From NCBI RefSeq assembly GCF_009914755.1, contig NC_060940.1: a stretch of 64,000 bases of DNA; one strand, written 5' to 3'. Numbering within the stretch: position 1 is the first letter of the stretch; every line of letters starts with the position of its first letter. The stretch comes from the human T2T-CHM13v2.0 reference genome, Homo sapiens. Positions 55,908 to 64,000 of this stretch are shown one piece after another. The notes under the pieces were generated by a model. It had not been told where the DNA came from, made no database searches, and worked only from the letters and a program-made list of their open reading frames with translations. A program made the position numbers and the translations under genes.

Positions 55908-57141
55908 TTTTTTATTATTATTATACTTAAGTTCTGGGATACATGTGTGGAACGTGCAGATTTGTCACATAGGTATGCGTGTACCTATTTCAGAACGTGT
56001 TATTGGTCTATTCAGAGATTCAACTTCTTCCTGGTTTAGTCTTGGGAGGGTGTATGTGTCCAGGAATTTGTCTGTTTCTTCTGGATTTTCTAGTTTATTT
56101 GCGTAGAGGTGTTCATAGTATTCTCTGATGGTAGTTTGTATTTCTGTGGGACCAGTGGTGACATCCCTTTATCATTTTTTATTGTGTCTGTTTGATTCTT
56201 CTCTCTTTTCTTCTTTATTAGTCTGGCTAGCAATCTATCTATATTGCTAATCTTTTCAAAAAACCAACTCCTGGATTCATTGATCTTTTGAAGGGTTTTT
56301 TGTGTCTGTATCTCCTTCAGTTCTGATCTGATCTTAGTTATTTCTTGTCTTCTGCTAGCTTTTGAATTGATTTGCTCTTGCTTCTCTAGTTCTTTTACTT
56401 GTGATGTTAGGGTGTCGATTTTAGTTCTTTCCTGCTTTCTCCTGTGGGAATTTAGTGCTATAAATTTCCCTCTAAATACTGCATTATATGTGTCCCAGAG
56501 ATTCTGGTACATTGTGTTTTGTTCTCATTGGTTTCAAAGAACTTACTTATTTCTGCCTTAATTTCGTCATTTACCCAGTAGCCATTCAGGAGCAGATTGT
56601 TCAGCTTCCCTATAGTTGTGCAGTTTTCAGTGTGTTTCTTAATCCTGAGTTCTAATTTGATTGCACCGTGGTCTAAGAGACTTATTATTTCCATTCTTTT
56701 GCATTTGCTGAGGAGTATTTTACTTCCAATTATGTGGTCAATTTTAGAATAAGTGCTATGTGGTGCTGAGAAGAATGTATATTCTGTTGATTTGGGGTGG
56801 AGAATTCTGTAGATGTCTATTAGGTCTGCTTCGTCCAGAGCTGAGTTCAAGTCCTGAATATCCTTGTTAATTTTCTGTCTTGTTAATCTGTCTAATATTG
56901 ACAGTGGGATGTTAAAGTCTCCCACTATTATCGGGTGGGAGTCTAAGTCTCTTCATAGGTCTCTAAAAACTTCCTTGATGAATTTGAATCTGGGTGCTCC
57001 TGTATTGGGTGCATATATATTCAGGATAGTTAGCTCTTCTTGTTGCATTGATCCCTTTACTATTATGTAATGCCCTTCTTTGACTTTTTTGATCTTTGTT
57101 GGTTTAAAGTGTTTTATCAGAGACTAGGATTGCAACCTCTG

Positions 57142-57142
<1 letters not shown>

Positions 57143-57181
<39 letters not shown>
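57143..57181. repeat. T39 homopolymer inside L1 ORF2
   Basis: Seen directly in the sequence. Confidence 0.97.
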
Positions 57182-57184
<3 letters not shown>

Positions 57185-59780
57185 TTCCATTTGCTTGGTA
57201 AATCTTCCTCCATTCCTTTATTTTGAGCCTATGTGTGTCTTTGCATGTGAAATGGGTCTCCTAAATATGGCACACTGATGGGTCTTGGCTCTATCCAATT
57301 TGCCAGTCTATGTCTTTTAATTGGGGCATTTTGCCTGTTTCCATTTAAGGTTAATATTGTTATGTATGAATTTGATCCTGTCATTATAATGCTAGCTGGT
57401 TATTTTACCCATCAGTTGATGCAGTTTTTTCATAGTGTCGATGGTCTTTACATTTTTGTATGTTTTTGCAGTGGCTGGTACTGGTTTTTCCTTTCCATAT
57501 TTAGTGCTTCCTTCAGGAGCTCTTGTAGAGCAGGCCTGGTGGTGACAAAATCCCTCAGCATTCGCTTGTCTTTAAAGAATTTTGTTTCTCCTTCACTTAT
57601 GAAGCTTAATGTGGCCGGATATGAAATTCTGGGTTGAAAATTATTTTCTTTAAGAATGTTGAATGTTGGCACCCACCCTCTTCTGGCTTGTAGGGTTTCT
57701 TCAGAGAGATCTGCTGTTAGTCTGATGGGCTTCCCTTTGCGGGTAACCTGACCTTTCTCTCTGGCTGCCCTTAATATTTTTTCCTTCATTTCAACCTTGG
57801 TGAATCGGACGATTATGTGTCTTGGGGTTGCTCTCTTTGTGGTGTTCTCTGTATTTCCTGAATTTGAATGTTGGCTTGTCTTGCTAGGTTGGGAAAGTTC
57901 TCTTGATAACATCCTGAAGTGTGTTTCCCAACTTGTTTCCTTTCTCCCCGTCGTTTTCAGGTACACCAATCAGACATAGATTTGGTCTCTTCACACAGAC
58001 CCATATTTTTTAAGGCTTTGTTCATTTCTTTTCATTCTTTTTTCTCTAGTCTTGTCTTCACACTTTATTTCATTAAGTTGATCTTCAATCTCTGATATCC
58101 TTTCTTCTGCTTGATTGATTCGGCTCTTGATACTTGTGTGTGCTTCACGAAGTTCTTTTGCTGTGTTTTTCGGCTCCATCAGGTCATTTATGTTCTTCTC
58201 TAAACTAGTTATTCTAGTTAGCAATTCATCTAACCTTTATTCAAGGTTCTTAGCTTCCTTGTATTGGGTTAGAATATGCTCCTTTAGCTCAGGAAGAGCT
58301 TGTTATTACCCACCTTCAGAAGCCTACTTCTGTCAATTCATCAAACTCATTCTCCATCCAGTTTTGTTCCCTTCCTGGTGAGGAGTTGTGATCTTTTGGA
58401 GGAGAAGCAGCATTCTGGTTTTTGGAATTTTCAGCCTCTTTGTGTTGGTTTTTCTTCATCTTCGTGGATTTGTCTACCTTTGGTCTTTGATGTTGGTGAC
58501 CTTTGGATGGGGTTTTTGAGTGGTTGGTTTTTTTTATGATGTTGATGCTATTGCTTCCTGTTCATTAGTTTTCTTTCTAACAGGCCCCTCTTCTGCAGAT
58601 CTGCTGGAGTTTGCTGGAGGTCCACTCCAGACCCTGTTTGCCTGCGTATTACCAGCGGAGGCTGCAGAACAGCAAAGATTACTGCCTTCTCCTTCCTCTG
58701 TAAGCTTCGTCCCAGAGGGGCACCTGCCAGATGCCAGCCTGAGCTCTCCTGTATGAGGTGTCTGTCGACCTCTGCTGGGAGGTGTCTCCTGTCAGGAGGC
58801 ACAGAGGTCAGGGACCCACTTGAGGAGGCAGTGTGTCCCTTAACAGAGCTGGAGCTCTGTGCTGGGAGGTCTGCTGCTCTCTTCAGAGCCAGCAAGGAGG
58901 AACATTTAAGTCTGCTGAAGCTGCGCCCACAGTCGCCCCTTCCCACAGGTGTTCTGTCCCAGGGAGATGGGAGTTTTATCTATAAGCCTCTGACTGGGGC
59001 TGCTGCCTTTTTTTTCAGAGATGCCCTGCCTAGAGAAGAGGAATCTAGGGAGGCAGTCTGGCTACAGCAGCTTTGAGTCACTGTGGTGGGTTCCAACCAG
59101 TCCGAACTTCCCAGGGGCTTTGTTTACACTGTGAGGGGAAAACCACCTACTCAAGCCTCAGTAATGGCAGGCACCCCTTCCCACACCAAGCTCAAGCCTC
59201 CTAGGTCGACTTCAAACTGATGTGCTGGCAGCAAGAATTTCAAGCCAGGGGATCTTAGCTTGCTGGGCCATGTGGAGGTGGGATCTGCTGAGCAAGAGCA
59301 CTCAGCTCCCTGGCTTCTGCCCCATTTCCAGGGGAGTGAACGGTTCTCTCTCACTGGCATTCCAGGCGCCACTGGAATATGAAAAGAAACTCCTGCAGCT
59401 AGCTCGGTGTCTGCCCAAATGGCCACCCAGCTTTGTGTTTGAAACCCAGGGCCCTGGTTGTGTAGACACCCAAGAGAATCTCCTCCTAGTCTCTGGGTTG
59501 TGAAGACTGTGGGAAAAGCATAGCATCTGGGCTGGAATGCACGGTTCCTCAAGGCATAGTCCCTCACGGCTTCCATTGGTTAGGGGAGGGAGTTCCCTGA
59601 CCCCTTGCGCTTCCCGGGTGAAGTGACACCCCACCCTGCTTCGACTCGCCCTCTGTGGGCTGCACCCCCTGTCTAACCAGTCCCAATGAGATGAGCCAGG
59701 TACCTCCGTTGGAAATGCAGAAATCACCCGCCTTCTGCGTTGATCTCTTAGGGAGCCACAGACCCGAGCTGTTCCTATTC

Positions 59781-59790
59781 AGCCATCTTG
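59781..59790 (-). promoter_or_regulatory. L1 5'UTR YY1 motif (CAAGATGGCT)
   Basis: agccatcttg on + strand, at the expected position near the L1 5' end. Confidence 0.75.
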
Positions 59791-60449
59791 CCCGGGAATC
59801 AACAGCAAGATCTTTAACAAAAGCACTAAAATGCAGAAGAAAAAAGGGGGGCACTAAATAGACATGAAAAGAACCTGTGTTTACAGTATGAGAGCTAAAA
59901 CAAGAAGATAGAATGTTGCCTTGTTCAACTTTACCTGGGAACATGCATGTACATTGAGCAACTCAGCTTTTTCACTTCTCTGCAAATGTCCATGAGTGAC
60001 CACAAAATTGCCAGAGGTATTCATTTAAGGGCTACTGATAAATTTTAGCGAGTAGGAGAATTCTTGAATGCAGAACCCATAAATAATGAAAATTGACTGT
60101 ATAATAATGTATTTAATCTTTACACCAACCCTATAACTTAAGTATTACTATTATCCTCATTTCATAGATAAGTAAACTGAGGCACAGAGAGACTAAGCAA
60201 TGTGCTCTGTGTGCAGTTTTAATTCAAATTCACTGACCTGGTTTTGTTTCTTTTTAAAACTAGATAAGTCACTGCTTGGTATTTAGTGTAGGGGCTTTTT
60301 TGTTTGTTTGCTTAAGAGATCAATTCAAAAAAAAAATAGCATGGCCCTAAGTTTTGGTTGGGAAGAAGGATCTGGGGACCTCAAATTTTTCAGGCCTTTT
60401 AATCAGGGCAGGTTGGAGAACAAACAAGCAGAAGATATAACAGACACTA

Positions 60450-60990
60450 TCAGTGCTAACCCAAGTCCATCCCTATATGCTCCCTCCTGGCTGTAAGAGG
60501 GCAAAGCCTCTGTGTGACTCTGTGCTGAGGTTAATGCCTCCTCCTCCATGCCAGGGGATGAATCTCAATTAATATAGGCAGATCTGAACACTTCCATTTC
60601 CCTAACCAAACTAGTTTAGGCAAGAGCATGTGTTGCAATTCTAGCCAATGATAAGCAAAGGAAAATACACTGCAGGACTTCAGGGAAAGGGTTTCCCTTC
60701 TAGAAGAGATACCTGAGAAGAAGCAGTTTCTTCTCCTGCCTCTGGATGTCACTGTATGAGAACATGATGCTGGGAACCACTGTAGCCATCTCATGACCAT
60801 GAGGAGACAAGCTAGAATGGCAGAGCTGAAAGATGTATCCTAGAATATGTCAATGGAGTATAGAATTAAACAATCCTAAAGACAGTCTGCCTCCAGCCCT
60901 TTGGCCATCTGATATAATGAACTCCTACCTGTTTAAGCTGCTTTTAGTTGGATTTTGATTCATAGAAACTTTAGGTGTCCTAATGGATGC
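60450..60990. mobile_element. LTR16/MLT1-like LTR
   Basis: ttctagccaatgataagc...cctctggatgtcactgtatgagaacatgatgctgggaaccactgtagccatct. Confidence 0.65.
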
Positions 60991-61005
60991 ATAAATTTTG
61001 CTTGG

Positions 61006-61313
<308 letters not shown>

Positions 61314-61789
61314 TCATTAGAATGGAGAACTGGATGTCATTAAGTCACAGAAATTGTATAGACAGAAACACAAAGAGATTGAACCCTATTTAAGAAGAGC
61401 AATGTACTGATTGCTAAGAGCTGCTGAGAGGACATAAATGGCCAAGGAAACTTTCCCTACTCAGAAACAGTTTATAATCTAGTTTGCTGAGAAAACCAAA
61501 CACAGCCATTTCAAGAATTTATGTACAGAGAAATAGTAACTTCCGTTTAATTCCACCAGTGTTAATTCATGCAATACATGTGGTAGGGGGTGTGTTGATG
61601 AATTAAACATACTCTCTATCCTCAACAATCTTTTGGAGAAAATTAGACTGACAGGTAATTATAATTCAAGAAAAATTGTGGAAAGATGTTCTGGGAGAAA
61701 GATAAGTGAGAGAGTAATTTCTTTTGACAGAACCAGGAAAGCCTCATGTCTCTCCACTTAAAATTCTTCAGTGGTTTCCAATTGCTCTT

Positions 61790-63250
61790 CATTCATTCAG
61801 CTAATATTTCTTCAGCAATTACTCTAGGGAAGCCCTGGTCTAGGTGCTGGGGACACACCAATGTGCAAACAAAGTCCCTGTTCTCATGAGCTTACATTTT
61901 AACAGGAGGGAGATATACACTTAACAAATGAGTCAATATCTATTATGTCAAGGTGGTAAGTGTTACTGAGAAAAAGTAGGGTACAAAGAGTGGGGTGCTA
62001 GGTTTTAGGGTGCTATTTTGTTTAATTTTTATTTTTAGTTCCGGGGTCCATGTGCAGGATGTGCAGATTTGCTACATAGGTAAACGTGTGCCTTCGTAAC
62101 TATTTTTCCTACTGCTCTCTCTCCCCCCGCCCCACCCACAACAGGCCCCAGTGTGTGTTGTTCCCCTCCATAAGTCCATGTGTTCTCATTATTCAGCTCC
62201 TACTTATAAGTGAGAACATGCAGTGTTTGTTTTCTGGTCCTGTGTTAGTTTGCTGAGGATAATGGCTTACAGCTTCATCCATGACCCTGCAAAGAACATG
62301 ATCTCATTCATTTTTATGGCTACATAGTATTCCATGGTGTATATGTACCGCGTTTTCTTTATCCAGTCTATTGTTGGTGGGCATTTGAGTTGATTCTATG
62401 TCTTTGCTATTGTGAATAGTGCTGCAGTGAACATACGTATGCATGTGTCTTTGTAATAGAATGATTTATATTCCCTTGGATATATACCCAGTAATGAGAT
62501 TGCTAGATCAAATGGTATTTCTGGTTCTAGATCTTTGAGGAATCACCACACTGTCTTCCATAATGGTTGAACTAATTTGTATGCCCACCAACAACATAAA
62601 AGCATTCCTGTTTCTCCACAACCTCACCAGCATCTGTTTAATAACTGTCATTCTGACTGGCATGAGATGGTATCTCATTGTGGTTTTGATTTGCATTTCT
62701 CTAATGATCGGTGATGTTGAGATTTTTTTCATATGTTTGTTGGCTTCGTGGATGTCTTCTTTTGAGAAGTGTCTGTTCATTGCCTTTGCTCACTTTTTAA
62801 TGGGGTGGTTTGTTGTTGCTTTTTTCTAGTAAATTTGTTTGAGTTCCTTGTAGATTCTGGATATTAGACCTTTGCCAGATGGATAGATTAAAAAAATTTT
62901 CTCCCACTCTCTAGGTTGCCTGTTCACTCTGATGATAGTTTATTTTTCTGTGCAGAAGCTCCTGAGTTTAGTTAGATCCCATTTGTCAATTTTTACTTTT
63001 GTTGCAATTGCTTTTGGCAATTTTAAACATGATGGTGAGAAGCTGCCATTTGAGCAGACAGCTGAAGGAACTCAAAAGTGAGCCATGTGTGGATATCTGG
63101 GGAAAGTGTTCCAGGCAGGAGGAAGAGTAAGTGCTAAGGCCCTGAGGCAGACAATTCCTGGCATACTACAGGAACAGAAGCAGGTCTGTTCATGGAACAG
63201 CATGAAGGATGGGAAACTGTGGGGGATGAGATCAGAAAAGCAGTCACGGG
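61790..63250 (-). mobile_element. L2 fragment split by a minus-strand L1PA 3' fragment (62020-63025)
   Basis: L2: cattcattcag...ctaggtgctggggacac and gagccatgtgtggatatctggggaaagtgttccaggcag. L1: ORF2 C-terminus [15 protein letters not shown] and 3'UTR. Confidence 0.88.
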
Positions 63251-63345
63251 CAGAGCCAAATTTACCATGAGGTTAATGAAGCTGTGACAATGTGCTCTGA
63301 AAGTCATAATCTGCTATAATCTGCAAAAGTAAGATATTTATTTTC

Positions 63346-63661
<316 letters not shown>

Positions 63662-64000
63662 TTAAAAAATGCTATTTCTTTCCACTCTGCCTTCCCCATC
63701 ATATTTCCCTCCATGCTGTGTCTTTAGAGAAGCTGCACGTATTTGGGAAACCAGGCTAAGAGGAAATTCTATTGGTGATATATCTGGTCTGGGTTCAGGG
63801 GTATATGATATATTTATGTGGATCATGGTCACTTCCATGACTAGCTGTCTTTCTGTAGGAGTAGCTCCCAGGATAACTTCTGTAGCTCAGCACCCAGAAT
63901 AGTGACCCAAAGATGCAGGGCCAGATGTCCAGTGGGGATAAAAATTCATTCTACAGAGCCCTGGGCTGGAATTCTGTGAGGAGTAGAGAGTGGAGAAGCA

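Larger units (their letters stand above)
55908..59798 (-). mobile_element. L1PA (approximately PA7-PA8) with complete 5' end and large internal deletion
   Basis: 5'UTR to 59798; ORF1 ATG 58459 to ~57448 (RATPRHIIVRFTKVEMKEKILRAAREKG, frameshifted); ORF2 ATG 57384 (EN peptides [19 protein letters not shown]), truncated at ~55986 and joined to the last ~75 bp of the 3'UTR. Confidence 0.95.
55133..60099. mobile_element. MER82-like Tigger element split in two (55133-55510 and 59799-60099) by an L1 insertion
   Basis: TA-flanked TIRs gagttgattctccttatt ... aataatgaaaattgactg; the two halves are colinear across the L1 TSD; MIR sequence lies outside both ends. Confidence 0.85.

Noticed and set aside
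55975-55995. Spliced-L1 explanation of the internal deletion (sense junction reads AG|GT)
   Set aside because: From the recalled consensus there is no AG acceptor at the downstream breakpoint; microhomology fits better. A formal alignment is needed to close this.
56090-59944. L1 ORF1/ORF2 and 5'UTR ORFs as an active retrotransposon or genes
   Set aside because: Multiple frameshifts and loss of the RT domain; the element cannot be autonomous.

Overview
Primate (human-like) genomic DNA. It is intergenic or intronic and consists largely of interspersed repeats: Alu, L1, MIR, L2, MaLR/ERVL/ERV1 LTRs, and Tigger and hAT DNA transposons. I find no intact protein-coding gene, RNA gene or CRISPR array, and nearly all ORF-track entries are repeat-derived or low-complexity. 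The two gene-derived sequences are processed pseudogenes on the + strand. One is a near full-length PHB1 (prohibitin) retrocopy with the long 3'UTR, poly(A) and a 13-bp target-site duplication (TSD) at 18505-20368. The other is an older KIAA1191 (p33MONOX) retrocopy at ~25550-26947 that runs directly into an L1MB-type element. The most informative structure is a minus-strand L1PA (55511-59798) inserted into a MER82, itself inside a MIR. It has a large internal deletion and carries a ~390-bp 3' transduction inside one pair of TSDs. Other retrotransposition signatures include a twin-priming 5' inversion and a small TSD-flanked composite insert. Two repeat-free blocks are candidate enhancers. I do not see a credible new biological system; the notable items are unusual retrotransposition events. 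Repeat subfamily names and parent-gene comparisons come from memory of the consensus sequences and need RepeatMasker/BLAST confirmation. Most repeat boundaries are approximate.
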